A stretch of 64,000 bases of DNA from Pseudomonadota bacterium (GTDB lineage Bacteria; Pseudomonadota; Gammaproteobacteria; Burkholderiales; Burkholderiaceae_B): NCBI GenBank assembly GCA_023423975.1, contig JAFAEO010000027.1:51888-115887 (forward strand). The letters run 5' to 3'. The notes beneath the pieces are model-generated. The model was not told the origin of the DNA. It saw nothing but the letters and a program-made list of their open reading frames with translations, and ran no database searches. A program made the translations under genes and the position numbers. Of the stretch, positions 29,776 through 43,360 are shown piece by piece. Within the stretch, counting starts at the first letter, position 1. Every line of letters starts with the position of its first letter.

Positions 29776-30755
29776 ACACGATCAGAGATACCTCCAGCGC
29801 GGTCGAACCCCAGCAAACGCAATTGGTGGACGAGGCGGTTAAATGGCTGGTGCTGATGCATTCCGGGCGTTTCAATGAGGCCGATGCACGGCGCTGCGCC
29901 CACTGGCGTGAGCAAAGCCCCGAACATCAGCGCGTCTGGGAAAGCGTAGAAAAACTGAACCGACAATTCGATTCGGTGCCACGACCACTGGTCATGCCCG
30001 TACTGAATCGGCCACGCCTTTCCGAAAATCGCCGCATGATGATCAAAACCGTCGCGCTGGCCGTTACAGTGCCTTCGGCGATGTGGTTTGGTTACCGGGC
30101 GGTCCCCTGGGATTCGCTCAATGCCCAGTACCGTACCGGCACCGGTGAGCGCCGCGACGTGACCTTGGCAGACGGCAGCCAGCTCAGCCTGAATACATCA
30201 AGCGCTGTGGATGTGGCCTTCGATGCGCGGGAGCGGCTGGTGCTGCAGCGTGCGGGCGAAATCCATATCCAGACGGCACGCGATCCCCAGGCAGGCGCGC
30301 GTCCTTTTGTCGTCAAGACGCAGCAGGGCAGTCTGCTGGCGTTGGGCACCCGGTTTATCGTGCGCTGTACGCCTGAGCGCACGCGCTTGACTGTGCTGGA
30401 AGGCGCTGTTCAGGTGCAGCCACTGCATGCGTCCCAGACGCATATCGTACCGGCCGGACAAGCACTGGGTTTCAGTGCAGACACCTTCGGCGCCAAGGTG
30501 CCTGCGTCGGCCGGCGCCGGGCAATGGGTCCAGGGTGTGCTGTATGCCGAGCAAATGAGGCTTGCTGATTTTGTGGCTGAACTCGGACGGTATCGTCCGG
30601 GTATTCTACGTTGTGATTCGTCTGTGGCTGATATGCCTGTATCGGGTGCCTTTCAACTGAATAATACGGATCGCATTCTTGAGGCGCTTGCCCAGACCCT
30701 GCCGGTGCAAATCCAGTCTCGCACCCGTTACTGGGTCACTGTTGCAGCAAGGTAG
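29772..30755 (+). CDS. FecR-family transmembrane anti-sigma / signal transducer
   Basis: AVKWLV.M...W...SPEH..VW, one TM segment, RTGTGERR...LADGS.L.LNTSSA, ALGTRF, VSGAF; GTG start overlaps the sigma stop codon. Confidence 0.95.
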   Translation: MNTIRDTSSAVEPQQTQLVDEAVKWLVLMHSGRFNEADARRCAHWREQSPEHQRVWESVEKLNRQFDSVPRPLVMPVLNRPRLSENRRMMIKTVALAVTVPSAMWFGYRAVPWDSLNAQYRTGTGERRDVTLADGSQLSLNTSSAVDVAFDARERLVLQRAGEIHIQTARDPQAGARPFVVKTQQGSLLALGTRFIVRCTPERTRLTVLEGAVQVQPLHASQTHIVPAGQALGFSADTFGAKVPASAGAGQWVQGVLYAEQMRLADFVAELGRYRPGILRCDSSVADMPVSGAFQLNNTDRILEALAQTLPVQIQSRTRYWVTVAAR

Positions 30756-30775
30756 CGGCATTTATTTCCGGGTAA

Positions 30776-30800
30776 GAAAAAAATTTAATTATTTTGTCCT
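30776..30800 (+). promoter_or_regulatory. Candidate FecI-type promoter of the receptor gene
   Basis: GAAAA...TGTCCT arrangement similar to the E. coli fecA promoter (recalled, not aligned). Confidence 0.45.
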
Positions 30801-30870
30801 GTTTTTGCATCTCGTCTGTCATGTCTATAAGAACTTCAATTTACTGACTTTGAGACAGGAACTTTTTTTC

Positions 30871-33399
30871 ATGGCTAATCTGACATCAGATTCCTATTTG
30901 TTTGACCCGTCTTGCAAGGCGCAGCGCCGCATAAGTGCCGCAGTGCTTGGCGCCTTGTCTGCGCTGGGCCTGGCCGCCACGGAGGGAGTTGCACCGGCCT
31001 GGGCTGTCGATTCCGGTTCGGCACAAACGCGTCATGCCTATAATATCGGTCCCGGCGAACTGGGACCCGCGCTACTCAGTTATGCGGGGCAGGCTGGTGT
31101 CAATTTAAGTATTGATATGAATGCCACCCGTGGCTTGAAAACGCAGGGGCTGACTGGTCAGCACTCGGTGCAGAGCGGCTTTGACCGGCTACTGGCCGGC
31201 ACTGGCCTTCGTATTAGAAAAGTAGGAGATGGCAACTATACGCTGGACACCGCTGCGGCTCCTGTGACTGGCGCGCCATCAGTCTCTGCTGTGCAACAAA
31301 CAACAGCACCGGTTACCGAACTGTCTGCCATTACCGTGACAGGGCGTACACAAAGTGACTTGATGTCGCCCACCCGGCAGGTTGCCGTTATTGATCGCGA
31401 GCAACTGGATACATTGCGTGCCGGATCCGACAGTGTGGCTACCGTATTAAGTAAAGTGCTGCCAGGCATGGCTGATTCCAGTCATACCATTACCGATTAC
31501 GGCCAAACCCTGCGCGGTCGCAATATGCTGATTCTGGTTGACGGCATTCCCCTGAATACTAATCGTGATTCGTCGCGCAACCTTGCCAATATCAACCCCG
31601 CTGATATTGAGCAAATTGAAGTGCTGCGTGGCAGTAGCGCGATCTATGGCAGCGGTGCGGCCGGCGGCATCGTGTCCATACGCACCAGAGGATACGATGG
31701 CGAGCCTCGCGCCGAGACCACCGTTTCGGCAACGACGCCATTGTCCCGGCTGGGCGCAGCAGGCCTGGGCGGCGGGATACAGCATTATTTTTCCGGTGGC
31801 AATGACAAAATCGATTATTCGCTAAGCCTGGGCGCCAGCCATGCGGGTGGATCGTACGACGCGCGCGGTACACGCCTGGCGCCGGAGCCAAGCCAGGGCG
31901 ACCTGTTTGATTCGAATATCTACAATATGTCCGGCAAAGTCGGTCTGCAAATTGATGAGAAGCAGCGTATACAGTTGTCCCTGAGTCACTATGATGCAAA
32001 ACAGGATACCGACTACGCATCCGACCCCAGTGTGGCCCGACAGCCGCCCGGCAGCACTGCCGCGCGCAGTATCAGGGGACTGGAGCTGGACGAGCAGAAT
32101 CGCATCCGCAATACGCTGGCCAGTCTGGAGTATCAGAACCGCGATATTGCGGGAAGCACGCTGGCCGCGCAAATCTACTATCGCGACTTCTTCACACGCT
32201 TTGCCCCATTTGATGCGCGCGCTGTATCTGTCAGGGGGGCCAATGTAGACCAGGTCACGCAAAAATCAAGCGTATTTGGCGGTCGACTGACGATCAAGAC
32301 GCCGTTGACTTCCGACAAAAACACCCAGTTGACCTGGGGTCTGGATTTTAATGAAGAACGCAGTGAAATGCCTCTGGACGTATTTGATCCGTATGAATAT
32401 GACAGAAGCGGCGGCTTGCATTTTCGCAAAATCGACTCATTAACCTACATGCCGCCGATAACGACACGCAGTATTGGCGCGTTTGCCCAGCTGGAGCATC
32501 GTTTTAACGAACACTGGGCGGTGCAGGGCGGGGCACGGTATGATCGCGCCAGTGTGCGTTTTGATGACTTTACGCCGCTGTCGCAATCGCGTGTGACCAA
32601 TCCGGGGCGGGTTTCCGGTGGAACGGTTCACTATGGCGCCTGGAGTTACAACGCGGGGGTGGTTTATACACCGATCAAGGGCCAGGAATTTTATGCTTCC
32701 TTCAGCCAGGGTTTTGAGCTCCCCGATGTCGGCGTGCAGGTGCGTAATGCGACCCCAGCCTTCAATTTTGGCGCGTCAAACCTGGAACCCGTGAAAACAG
32801 ATACCTTTGAGCTGGGCTGGCGCGGGACATTTTCTAACGTCGCGGCCAATCTGACCGTATTTCATTCGAAATCGGATCTGGGTGCGCTGCAAAGCTTCAA
32901 TAATGGGCTGACGCTGCTGCGCACCAAAGAACGCATTTATGGGATTGAAGGCGGGCTCGATTATTACAGCAATGATAATCAATGGGCGCTGGGCGGCACC
33001 TTTACCTGGATGAAGGGTGAAGAAAAACCGGAAGGCAAGGACAGTTACCAGAATATGACCGGATATCGCATACCGCCGTTGAAACTGACCGGCTATGTGG
33101 AATACACACCGTCTGAGAAATGGAGTCACCGGGTACAGGCGACGTATTTTGCGTCCAAAGACTACCGACTGGATGAAAAAACCAGTTTCGGCCGCTGGGA
33201 AACGTCGGGCTACACGACGGTGGATCTGATCAGCCGATGGACAATTGATGATAAAAACAAAGTGACCTTTGGCGTCCAGAACGTACTGAACCGCCATTAC
33301 TACCCCTTGTATAGCCAACTGATGCGCAATAGTAACAATACCAGTCGGTTGCCGGCGGCCGGCGCAGTATTCAATGTCAGCTATACCCATCGCTGGTAG
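30871..33399 (+). CDS. TonB-dependent siderophore receptor / transducer (IutA-like, with N-terminal STN signalling domain)
   Basis: STN domain (YNIGPGELGPALLSYAGQAG...LLAGTGL), TonB box ITVTG, YGQTLRGR..LILVDGIP, IEVLRGSSAIYG, C-terminal aromatic residue. Confidence 0.93.
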   Translation: MANLTSDSYLFDPSCKAQRRISAAVLGALSALGLAATEGVAPAWAVDSGSAQTRHAYNIGPGELGPALLSYAGQAGVNLSIDMNATRGLKTQGLTGQHSVQSGFDRLLAGTGLRIRKVGDGNYTLDTAAAPVTGAPSVSAVQQTTAPVTELSAITVTGRTQSDLMSPTRQVAVIDREQLDTLRAGSDSVATVLSKVLPGMADSSHTITDYGQTLRGRNMLILVDGIPLNTNRDSSRNLANINPADIEQIEVLRGSSAIYGSGAAGGIVSIRTRGYDGEPRAETTVSATTPLSRLGAAGLGGGIQHYFSGGNDKIDYSLSLGASHAGGSYDARGTRLAPEPSQGDLFDSNIYNMSGKVGLQIDEKQRIQLSLSHYDAKQDTDYASDPSVARQPPGSTAARSIRGLELDEQNRIRNTLASLEYQNRDIAGSTLAAQIYYRDFFTRFAPFDARAVSVRGANVDQVTQKSSVFGGRLTIKTPLTSDKNTQLTWGLDFNEERSEMPLDVFDPYEYDRSGGLHFRKIDSLTYMPPITTRSIGAFAQLEHRFNEHWAVQGGARYDRASVRFDDFTPLSQSRVTNPGRVSGGTVHYGAWSYNAGVVYTPIKGQEFYASFSQGFELPDVGVQVRNATPAFNFGASNLEPVKTDTFELGWRGTFSNVAANLTVFHSKSDLGALQSFNNGLTLLRTKERIYGIEGGLDYYSNDNQWALGGTFTWMKGEEKPEGKDSYQNMTGYRIPPLKLTGYVEYTPSEKWSHRVQATYFASKDYRLDEKTSFGRWETSGYTTVDLISRWTIDDKNKVTFGVQNVLNRHYYPLYSQLMRNSNNTSRLPAAGAVFNVSYTHRW

Positions 33400-33572
33400 C
33401 CAGCGGGCATTCGTGATACAGCCAACGGCCCGGCGCCTGGGCTGCAGGCGCGAAAACCGTCGCTGCCGTGATGCCCCCGGGTAGTTCGGTACAACGCTGG
33501 CATACTGAATGCTCATATCGGGTTAATCACTTCGTGCCAGCGTCACCATCCCTGTTGTGTAAGCCCTCATGA

Positions 33573-35158
<1,586 letters not shown>

Positions 35159-35275
35159 CATTGATGATTACCGGCACCGCCTTCGGCGGTGCGCGCAAGA
35201 TACGAACAACGCGTTCTGCTGTTATGAACGCGTTTGGCTTTTTTTATAACCCTATTCAAGGCATCAAATACAGTC

Positions 35276-36877
35276 GTGATTTCTACCGCTAACTTAACCA
35301 TTCAGTTTGGTCCCAAGCCTCTTTTCGAAAACGTCAGTGTCAAATTTGGCGGAGGCAATCGCTACGGCCTGATCGGCGCGAACGGATCGGGCAAGTCCAC
35401 CTTCATGAAAATCATCGGTGGCGATCTGGAAGCCTCTTCGGGTAATGTCTCGCTGGATCCCGGCGTGCGCCTGGGCAAATTGCGCCAGGATCAGTTTGCG
35501 TTCGAAGATATGCGGGTGCTGGACGTAGTGATGATGGGCCATGAGGAAATGTGGCAGGCCATGCACGAGCGCGATGCCATCTATGCCAATCTGGAAGCGA
35601 CCGATGACGACTATATGCGTGCGGCCGAACTGGAGGCCAAGTTTGCAGAATATGATGGATATACGGCTGAAGCCCGTGCCGGTGAACTGCTGCTTGGTCT
35701 GGATATACCGGTAGAGCAGCATAACCAGCCGATGCGCGAGATTGCGCCGGGCTGGAAGCTGCGCGTGTTGCTGGCGCAGGCGCTGTTTTCCAATCCTGAC
35801 GTATTGCTGCTGGATGAGCCCACCAATAACCTGGACATCAATACCATTCGCTGGCTCGAAGGCGTGCTCAACGGCTATCAGAGCACCATGATTATTATCA
35901 GTCACGACCGGCATTTCCTGAATCAGGTATGTACCCATATGGCGGATCTGGATTATGGGGAAATTCGCCTGTATCCCGGCAATTATGATGAGTATATGCT
36001 GGCCTCGACACAGGCACGCCAACGGCTGGTGTCGGACAACGCCAAGGCTAAGGAGCGGGTTGTTGAGCTGCAGGATTTTGTTCGCCGGTTTTCGGCCAAC
36101 AAGTCCAAATCCCGTCAGGCGACCTCGCGTCTGAAACAGATTGATCGCATCAAAGCCGAGACGGTTGAAGTCAAGCCCTCGTCGCGCCAGAATCCGTATA
36201 TCCGCTTTGAGCAGACCAAACCCTTACACCGCCTGGCAGTTACCCTGGACAAAGTCAGCAAAGCATATGACAAGCCGGTGATTAGCAATTTCTCGGCAAT
36301 GATAGAGGCCGGACAGAAAATAGCCATTATTGGTGCTAACGGCGTAGGTAAAACCACGCTGTTACGGCTGTTCGCCCAGGATCTGGAACCCGATAGCGGT
36401 TCGGTCAAATGGTCCGAAAATGCCGATATCGGTTATATGCCGCAGGACGTGTCCGAGGACTTCAAAAAACATGTCAATGTATTTGACTGGATGGGCGAGC
36501 ACCGTAAACCGGGCGACGAAGACCAGGCGATACGTTCTGTACTGGGTCGGTTATTGTTTTCTGCTGATGATATTGTTAAAGATGTTCCAGTGCTGTCTGG
36601 TGGTGAAAAGAATCGCATGACATTTGGGCGGCTGATGCTGGGGCGCCATAATGTCCTGCTGATGGATGAGCCGACCAACCACCTGGATATGGAATCGATC
36701 GAGTCGCTGCAGTTTGCGCTGGAAAAATATGCCGGCACACTGGTTTTTGTGTCGCATGACCGGGAATTCGTTTCAGGTCTGGCCACGCGGATCATCGAGA
36801 TCATGCCCGATGGGACATTGAACGATTATCAGGGCGGTTACGATGACTACCTCAATTCGCGTGGTATTGAGCAGTAG
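35276..36877 (+). CDS. ABC-F family ATPase (YbiT-like)
   Basis: Two ABC domains ([24 protein letters not shown] x2) and no TM domain; GTG start. Confidence 0.93.
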   Translation: MISTANLTIQFGPKPLFENVSVKFGGGNRYGLIGANGSGKSTFMKIIGGDLEASSGNVSLDPGVRLGKLRQDQFAFEDMRVLDVVMMGHEEMWQAMHERDAIYANLEATDDDYMRAAELEAKFAEYDGYTAEARAGELLLGLDIPVEQHNQPMREIAPGWKLRVLLAQALFSNPDVLLLDEPTNNLDINTIRWLEGVLNGYQSTMIIISHDRHFLNQVCTHMADLDYGEIRLYPGNYDEYMLASTQARQRLVSDNAKAKERVVELQDFVRRFSANKSKSRQATSRLKQIDRIKAETVEVKPSSRQNPYIRFEQTKPLHRLAVTLDKVSKAYDKPVISNFSAMIEAGQKIAIIGANGVGKTTLLRLFAQDLEPDSGSVKWSENADIGYMPQDVSEDFKKHVNVFDWMGEHRKPGDEDQAIRSVLGRLLFSADDIVKDVPVLSGGEKNRMTFGRLMLGRHNVLLMDEPTNHLDMESIESLQFALEKYAGTLVFVSHDREFVSGLATRIIEIMPDGTLNDYQGGYDDYLNSRGIEQ

Positions 36878-36892
36878 GAGATTCGCAACTCG

Positions 36893-37486
36893 ATGGCCGA
36901 ATTATTGTCAACACTGACGGCCGTGTGCAGTTTTGAAGAAGATATAAAAAAGAGCCGCTTCATCGCACACGCCGCTCCCGCCGCCAATGCGGCAGCGGCG
37001 CTGGCTTTTTTCTCGGAGGTTGGCGACCCGACGGCAACGCACAATTGCTGGGCTTACAAAACCGCGGAAGGTTATCGCTTCAACGATGATGGCGAACCAG
37101 GCGGCACCGCCGGCCGGCCCATTCTGCAGGCTATCGAAGGCAAAGGATTGACCGATGTCGCTGTACTGGTTATCCGTTACTTTGGCGGCACCAAGCTGGG
37201 TACAGGCGGGCTGGTAAGAGCCTATGGAGGCTGCGCGGCCAAGTGCCTGGATGCAGCACCAAAGCAGGTCATCGTGCCGTCTGCGACCGTTTATTGCACA
37301 TGTAATTATTCTGATGTCGAGAGAGTCAGGGTTCGCCTGACGCAGGCAGGCGCTGTTATTTCAAATGAAAATTTCGGAGCTCAGGGGGTCACATGGACGC
37401 TGATCATTCCGGTGAGCGATCTGCATCTGGTGCAGGAAATCTATACTGATCAGACAAAAGGAAAGGGACAGTGGACTGTCCCTTGA
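36893..37486 (+). CDS. yigZ: IMPACT/YigZ family protein
   Basis: IKKSRF, ATHNCWAY, DDGEPGGTAG.P, RYFGGTKLG.GGLVRAY. Confidence 0.95.
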   Translation: MAELLSTLTAVCSFEEDIKKSRFIAHAAPAANAAAALAFFSEVGDPTATHNCWAYKTAEGYRFNDDGEPGGTAGRPILQAIEGKGLTDVAVLVIRYFGGTKLGTGGLVRAYGGCAAKCLDAAPKQVIVPSATVYCTCNYSDVERVRVRLTQAGAVISNENFGAQGVTWTLIIPVSDLHLVQEIYTDQTKGKGQWTVP

Positions 37487-37716
37487 TTCTATGATGGCTC
37501 TTGTGTGCCGATTTGTGTCCGTCGACCTGATAATGTACGCAGGCGTTGCTGTACTGTCGATCCGGTCGAGCGCGCTGCGGACTGACCAGGCGCCCGTTGG
37601 ACGACAAACTCAGGACACAGCATTCTTAGTAAACCAGACGGTAACGTTGGCGGCTGCCATCTATCCCGGTGCGTGGTTTGGATCGGTCCTTAAATACGCA
37701 ATCGGCCAGCCATCTG

Positions 37717-38100
37717 TTACGCGTTTTCTTCAGCAGCCTTGGCTTCAGCCGTAGCAATTTCCTGATGCACTTTTTCCATGTCAACAGCCTGAACTTTCTC
37801 AAGCAATTCGTCCAGCTGACCGGGACTCAGGGCACCGGCCTGTGAAAACAGCATCACGCGTTCACGAAATACCATTAACGTTGGAATGGAACGGATGCCC
37901 AGGGCACCGGCCAGTTCCTGCTGATCTTCGGTATTGACTTTGGCAAATTCGATATCCGGATGGGCCTGCGCCGCTGTCTCGAATGTCGGGGCAAACTGGC
38001 GGCAGGGACCACACCAAGGCGCCCAGAAGTCAATAATCAATGTATTGTCTTCTTTGATGGCTTGCTGGAAGGTGTCTTTGGTCAGTTCGGTAATGGGCAT
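37717..38100 (-). CDS. trxA: Thioredoxin
   Basis: DFWAPWCGPC, IRSIPTL. Confidence 0.93.
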   Translation of the reverse strand: MPITELTKDTFQQAIKEDNTLIIDFWAPWCGPCRQFAPTFETAAQAHPDIEFAKVNTEDQQELAGALGIRSIPTLMVFRERVMLFSQAGALSPGQLDELLEKVQAVDMEKVHQEIATAEAKAAEENA

Positions 38101-38254
38101 AATTCTTTCTCCAGTTTAAGTTGCGGACCGAGGTACTTCAGTGAATATAGGGGCGGCAACCATGAATTACTAGTTGAATATTTTTATTGCTGTCATTATG
38201 AATGCCTATCAAGTACAAGTGTAATTCAATTGTTAACGATATAAACCTGAACGT

Positions 38255-38287
38255 AAAAAAAAGCCGCAAGCAATTGGCTTGCGGCTT
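38255..38287 (-). terminator. Intrinsic terminator after the NCS2 permease gene
   Basis: Minus strand AAGCCGCAAGC-loop-GCTTGCGGCTTTTTTTT. Confidence 0.75.
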
Positions 38288-38378
38288 CAGAGACAGAGCG
38301 CTGCTTTTTGCAATCTTATGCAATTTCACAACGCAACGTGAGACGTCCGCCATGACAGCGGTGTCGCTAATGCTCGGG

Positions 38379-39668
38379 TTATTCCAGTGCGAAGCGCAAT
38401 ACAAACAGCAAGGCAATGATCAGCGTTGCAATGTGAATCTCGCGGAAACGACCAGTGAAGGCCTTGATAACGACATAACTGATAAAACCGAACGCAATCC
38501 CTTCGGCAATGGAGTACGTAAACGGCATGATAATTGCAGTGAGGGCGGCTGGAATGGCATTGGTGATATCGTTCCACTCCACTTCAACCAGCTCGCGCAC
38601 CATCAGGCCGGCAACGTAGAGCAGGGCAGGGGCGGTGGCGTAAGCAGGCACGACGCTGGCCAGCGGTGCGAAAAACAGACACAGCAAAAACAGCACGCCC
38701 ACGACCAGTGCAGTCATGCCGGTGCGCCCGCCTGCCTGCACGCCTGCTGCGCTTTCGACAAACGCGGTGGTGCTGCTAGTGCCCAATGCCGAGCCGGCCA
38801 GGATGGCGGTGCTGTCGGCGAATAGGGCGCGTCCAAGGCGATTGGGTTTGCCCTCAGGCAAGAGGTTGGCGCGACGTGCAACACCAATCAGTGTTCCGGT
38901 TGCATCAAAAATTTCTACCAGTACAAAAACCAGAATAATATGCAGGAAGCCCTGGTTCAACACGCCTGCAATATCCAGTTGCATAAAAGTGGGAGCGATA
39001 CTGGGCGGCGTTGAAACGACGCTAGTGATTGGCGCGCTATAGCCGAGCAATGCGGACAAAACCGTTACTGCCAGAATACCGATCAGAATGGCGCCTCTGA
39101 CGCGCAGGCTATCCAGGCACACGATAATAAAAAAACCCAGGATGGCCAGTAATACGGTGGGCGATTTGAGATCGCCTTGCGCGACCAGCGTAGCGTCGTT
39201 CCCGACAACAATGCCGGCCGATTTGAGCGCAATCAGCGCCAGAAAAAGACCAATACCGGCGACGATGGCCGAGCGCAGTGATTTGGGGATGCCTTCGATC
39301 AGCCATTTGCGTATACCGGTGGCTGACAGAATCAAAAAGATGACGCCGGAAACAAAAACGGCGCCCAGCGCCTGTTGCCATGAATAGCCCATTGCGCCCA
39401 CCACGCCGAACGCGAAGAAGGCGTTCAAGCCCATGCCCGGGGCCATGCCGATGGGCCAGTTGGCCAGGAAGGCCATAATGAGGCAGCCCAGCGCTGCCGC
39501 CAAGCAAGTAGCAACGAAAACAGCGCCTTTGTCCATGCCCGTGGTGCCCAGAATCTCAGGGTTCACGAATATGATGTAAGACATCGTCAGAAAGGTCGTC
39601 AGACCGGCAAGAATTTCCGTACGGGCATTCGTGCCATGCTCCCTGAGCTTGAACAGTGATTCCAGCAT
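38379..39668 (-). CDS. NCS2-family (AzgA/PbuG-type) purine permease
   Basis: TEILAGLTTFLTMSYIIFVNP, APGMGLNAFF, FDATGT, FVESAAGV..GGRTG, MPFTYSIAEG; RBS GGAG. Confidence 0.93.
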   Translation of the reverse strand: MLESLFKLREHGTNARTEILAGLTTFLTMSYIIFVNPEILGTTGMDKGAVFVATCLAAALGCLIMAFLANWPIGMAPGMGLNAFFAFGVVGAMGYSWQQALGAVFVSGVIFLILSATGIRKWLIEGIPKSLRSAIVAGIGLFLALIALKSAGIVVGNDATLVAQGDLKSPTVLLAILGFFIIVCLDSLRVRGAILIGILAVTVLSALLGYSAPITSVVSTPPSIAPTFMQLDIAGVLNQGFLHIILVFVLVEIFDATGTLIGVARRANLLPEGKPNRLGRALFADSTAILAGSALGTSSTTAFVESAAGVQAGGRTGMTALVVGVLFLLCLFFAPLASVVPAYATAPALLYVAGLMVRELVEVEWNDITNAIPAALTAIIMPFTYSIAEGIAFGFISYVVIKAFTGRFREIHIATLIIALLFVLRFALE

Positions 39669-39897
39669 GAACATAACTCCTAATAAACAGATACATGTGT
39701 ACAATTGCAACTGTAGCGTATTCTTTACAGTTAATGACGAGCGCGCATCCCGCAGTATCGGCAAATAATCCGATATCGTCTTTAATCTGCAACATCTTTC
39801 CTGCGACTAAGGCAATGCAATCACACCGACGGCGGTTCAGCCTCGCGCCAGCGACGGCGCGAGCAGGCACGAATCAGCGTCGTCGAACAGGTAATTT

Positions 39898-40932
39898 ATG
39901 ATCATTCTCGGCATTGAAAGCTCCTGCGACGAGACCGGCGTTGCGCTGGTCAGTACCGAATCGGGCCTGCTGGCACACGCACTGCACAGCCAGATCGCCA
40001 TGCATCAGGCTTATGGCGGCGTGGTGCCCGAACTGGCCTCGCGCGATCACATCCGGCGTGTCTTGCCGCTCACCCGCGAAGTGCTGCACCATGCAGACCT
40101 GACCCTCAAAGACATCGATGCCGTGGCCTATACTGCCGGCCCCGGGCTGGCCGGCGCGCTGCTGGTAGGCGCCTCGGTTGCCCGATCCCTGGCATGGAGC
40201 CTGAATATACCCACCATCCCGATCCATCATCTGGAGGGTCACTTGCTCTCGCCGATGCTGGCGCAGACCGTTCCCAGTTTTCCGTATGTGGCGCTGCTGG
40301 TGTCCGGCGGGCATACCCAACTGATGCTTGTGAAGGCCATTGGTCAATACGAATTGCTGGGTGAAACTCTGGATGATGCTGCTGGTGAAGCCTTTGACAA
40401 GTCCGCCAAGTTGATGGGCCTGCCGTATCCGGGTGGGCCGGCGCTGGCCGCACTTGCCGACAAGGGAAATCCGAAGGCCTATGATTTGCCTCGACCGATG
40501 ATGCATAGCGGCGACCTGGATTTCAGTTTTTCCGGCCTCAAGACTGCGGTTCTGACCACGCTGCGCAAGCTGGAGCAGCAGGGACCGTTAAACGACCAGC
40601 AACGGCAGGATCTGGCCGCTTCAGTGCAGGCCGCGATTGTAGAGGTGCTAGGGTTTAAGGCAATCAAGGCTGTCAAGGCCAGCGGCAGCAACCGCCTGGT
40701 GGTGGCCGGGGGCGTGGGGGCAAACCGGCAATTGCGCGAATATTTGACGCGCCAGATGCAAAAGCAAAACGGCGAGGTGTTTTTCCCGCCGCTGGCGCTA
40801 TGCACCGATAATGGCGCGATGATCGCCCATGCTGCAGCAGAACGGGTCAAGGCCGGTCTGGTGGATAAAATGCGCCGTCCGGACGGTGCCGCAGTTCACC
40901 CGCGCTGGGATTTGGCCGATATCAGCGTCTGA
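39898..40932 (+). CDS. tsaD: tRNA N6-threonylcarbamoyladenosine synthesis protein
   Basis: [56 protein letters not shown]. Confidence 0.98.
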   Translation: MIILGIESSCDETGVALVSTESGLLAHALHSQIAMHQAYGGVVPELASRDHIRRVLPLTREVLHHADLTLKDIDAVAYTAGPGLAGALLVGASVARSLAWSLNIPTIPIHHLEGHLLSPMLAQTVPSFPYVALLVSGGHTQLMLVKAIGQYELLGETLDDAAGEAFDKSAKLMGLPYPGGPALAALADKGNPKAYDLPRPMMHSGDLDFSFSGLKTAVLTTLRKLEQQGPLNDQQRQDLAASVQAAIVEVLGFKAIKAVKASGSNRLVVAGGVGANRQLREYLTRQMQKQNGEVFFPPLALCTDNGAMIAHAAAERVKAGLVDKMRRPDGAAVHPRWDLADISV

Positions 40933-40941
40933 GCGGGCTGC

Positions 40942-41577
40942 TCAGTTTTTCCTCTTCTGGCCGATTCGCGATTCAGTGCCCGCCAGCAAATTGGAAATAT
41001 TTTTCTTATGCTTGACGATCAGCACCAGCGTCAGAAAGCAAATGGCCAGAAACCAGGGCATGGAAAACGGCCATGCCGCCATGCCACCAACGAAATAATA
41101 AAACGGCGCAAACACCGCGGCGACCAGCGCGGCCAGGGATGAATAGCGAAAGAAAACGGCAATGATAAGCCAGGTCGCAATGGTGGCCACCGCCAGCCAC
41201 GGTTGCAGGGCGAACAGCACGCCCACTGCCGTAGCAACACCTTTGCCCCCTTTGAAATTGAGAAAAAACGAATAGATGTGGCCAAGAAAAACAGCGACGG
41301 CGACCAATGCAATGGTGGTATCCGAAAAGCCGGCCACGGGGGCAAGATAGATTGCCAGCGCGACTGCCAGCCAGCCTTTGAAGGCGTCGCCCAGCAAGGT
41401 GAAGAGGGCAGCTTTGCGGTTGCCTGTGCGCAGCATATTGGTGGCGCCGGGATTGCCGGAGCCGAAGGTGCGGGGGTCCTGCAAGCCGAACAGGCGGCTG
41501 GCCACCATGGCAAAGGAAACTGAACCTATCAGGTAGGCGGCAAGCAGGGCTAGAATCGTCCAGAGCAGGTTGTTCAT
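40942..41577 (-). CDS. plsY: Glycerol-3-phosphate acyltransferase
   Basis: [29 protein letters not shown]. Confidence 0.97.
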   Translation of the reverse strand: MNNLLWTILALLAAYLIGSVSFAMVASRLFGLQDPRTFGSGNPGATNMLRTGNRKAALFTLLGDAFKGWLAVALAIYLAPVAGFSDTTIALVAVAVFLGHIYSFFLNFKGGKGVATAVGVLFALQPWLAVATIATWLIIAVFFRYSSLAALVAAVFAPFYYFVGGMAAWPFSMPWFLAICFLTLVLIVKHKKNISNLLAGTESRIGQKRKN

Positions 41578-41708
41578 TGTCGTCGTTGTCATTATCGGAA
41601 GACCCGATTATATACGTTCCCTTTCGTATTGCCGAACAGGATATCGCGTCCCGCGTATCGATTGATCCATGTACAATACAGGGGGAATAATGTCTGGTTG
41701 CGATCTGA

Positions 41709-42464
41709 ATGAAACGAATATTGGTGTCGAACGATGATGGTTACAATGCCGAGGGTGTGCAGGCGCTAGCTGCTGCGCTACGCGATATTGCCCAGGTCAC
41801 GGTTGTTGCGCCCGAGGTCAATCACAGCGGCGCCTCCAATTCGCTGACGTTGAACAGGCCACTGTCGGTGCGACGCACACCATCGGGCGATTATTACCTG
41901 AATGGCACCCCATCAGACTGCGTGCACGTAGCACTAACGGGCCTGCTCGACTATCGACCAGATCTGGTTGTCTCCGGCATCAATAACGGCGCCAATCTGG
42001 GTGAAGACACCTTATATTCGGGCACAGTGGCGGCGGCGACAGAAGGCTTTCTGTTTGGTATCCCGTCCATTGCCTTTTCCCTGACGGAAAAGAACTGGCC
42101 GGAACTGGAAGCGGCCACGAAAATTGCCGTGCAAATCGTGCAGCATCAACTGGCCAATCCGTTTCCAGCTCCGGTTCTGCTCAGTGTCAATATTCCACCA
42201 CTGCCGGAGCATCATTGGAGTTCACTGCGCGTTACGCGACTGGGCCGACGCCATCCGTCGCAGCCGGTCATCAAAAGCGCCAATCCGGCAGGTGAACCCA
42301 TATACTGGATCGGTATGGTGGGCGAGGTCGCAGACTTTGCCGAAGATACAGATTTTGGGGCAACCAGTCAGGGTCTGATCTCCATGACGCCGCTGCAACT
42401 GGATCTGACACACTACAAGCAATTGAACCAGGCACGCAGCTGGGTGGAGTTGAGCCATGCGTAA
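41709..42464 (+). CDS. surE: 5'/3'-nucleotidase
   Basis: [41 protein letters not shown]. Confidence 0.98.
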   Translation: MKRILVSNDDGYNAEGVQALAAALRDIAQVTVVAPEVNHSGASNSLTLNRPLSVRRTPSGDYYLNGTPSDCVHVALTGLLDYRPDLVVSGINNGANLGEDTLYSGTVAAATEGFLFGIPSIAFSLTEKNWPELEAATKIAVQIVQHQLANPFPAPVLLSVNIPPLPEHHWSSLRVTRLGRRHPSQPVIKSANPAGEPIYWIGMVGEVADFAEDTDFGATSQGLISMTPLQLDLTHYKQLNQARSWVELSHA

Positions 42465-43299
42465 ACCGCCCTTTGGCACCAGTCCGCACTTCGGAAATGT
42501 AAATGATGTTAACGAAAGCCGGACACGCCTTTCTTTTCCATCCAACAAAATTAAAATTACGCCAACCAATAGCAACACCCGTATTATTGTTGCTGCAAAT
42601 GCAGCGCGTCCGGCATCGTCCGTGCCTGCTGCCGAGGGACGAACCAGTCAGAATATCGGCTTGAATTCCGAGCGGCTGCGCGCACTCATGGTCGAGCGGC
42701 TCAGGCAAAAAGGGATTACCGACCAGCGGGTGCTGGACGCCATGCGCTCCGTGCCCAGACATGTGTTTATCGACCAGGGGCTGGCCAGCAGGGCATACGA
42801 TGACGCAGCGCTACCCATTGGTTTTTCCCAAACCATCTCGCAGCCGTGGGTCATTTCACGTATGCTTTCTGCTGTCGCGGAGAACCGCAAGCCGCAAAAA
42901 ATGCTGGAAATTGGTACCGGTTGTGGCTACCAGGCTGCCGTGATGGCAGCAATGTGCCACGAAGTGTATACAATTGAACGAATCAAGCCGTTGTATGAAA
43001 TGGCCAGAGGTACGCTGCGCGAGCTCAAACTGGTGTCCCGCATACGTCTGGTTCATGGTGATGGCATGCTGGGTATGCCATCGGTTGCGCCGTTTGATGC
43101 CATCGTCATCGCCGCGGCCGGGCTGCAGATCCCGACCGCATTGCTGCACCAGCTGGACATAGGTGCCCGCCTGATTGCGCCCGAAGGTTCGGATCAGCAG
43201 AAACTGGTGCTGATCGAAAGAACCGGCGTAAACAGCTGGGATCGTAAGGAACTTGAACCTGTGCGCTTTGTTCCATTGCGTGCAGGCATACAATTGTGA
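42457..43299 (+). CDS. pcm: Protein-L-isoaspartate O-methyltransferase
   Basis: [43 protein letters not shown]. Confidence 0.96.
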   Translation: MRKPPFGTSPHFGNVNDVNESRTRLSFPSNKIKITPTNSNTRIIVAANAARPASSVPAAEGRTSQNIGLNSERLRALMVERLRQKGITDQRVLDAMRSVPRHVFIDQGLASRAYDDAALPIGFSQTISQPWVISRMLSAVAENRKPQKMLEIGTGCGYQAAVMAAMCHEVYTIERIKPLYEMARGTLRELKLVSRIRLVHGDGMLGMPSVAPFDAIVIAAAGLQIPTALLHQLDIGARLIAPEGSDQQKLVLIERTGVNSWDRKELEPVRFVPLRAGIQL

Positions 43300-43360
43300 C
43301 AGGAGAAAATACCCGTTTTGCGTACGTGTTACGCATCCATTGAACAGGTAGGTAAAACAT

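Noticed and set aside
37491..37754. 87-aa ORF after yigZ
   Set aside because: No recognisable domain, overlaps the convergent trxA end, and is likely spurious.
39675..39897. Possible purine riboswitch upstream of the NCS2 permease
   Set aside because: No match to the purine aptamer core and no terminator/U-tract seen.
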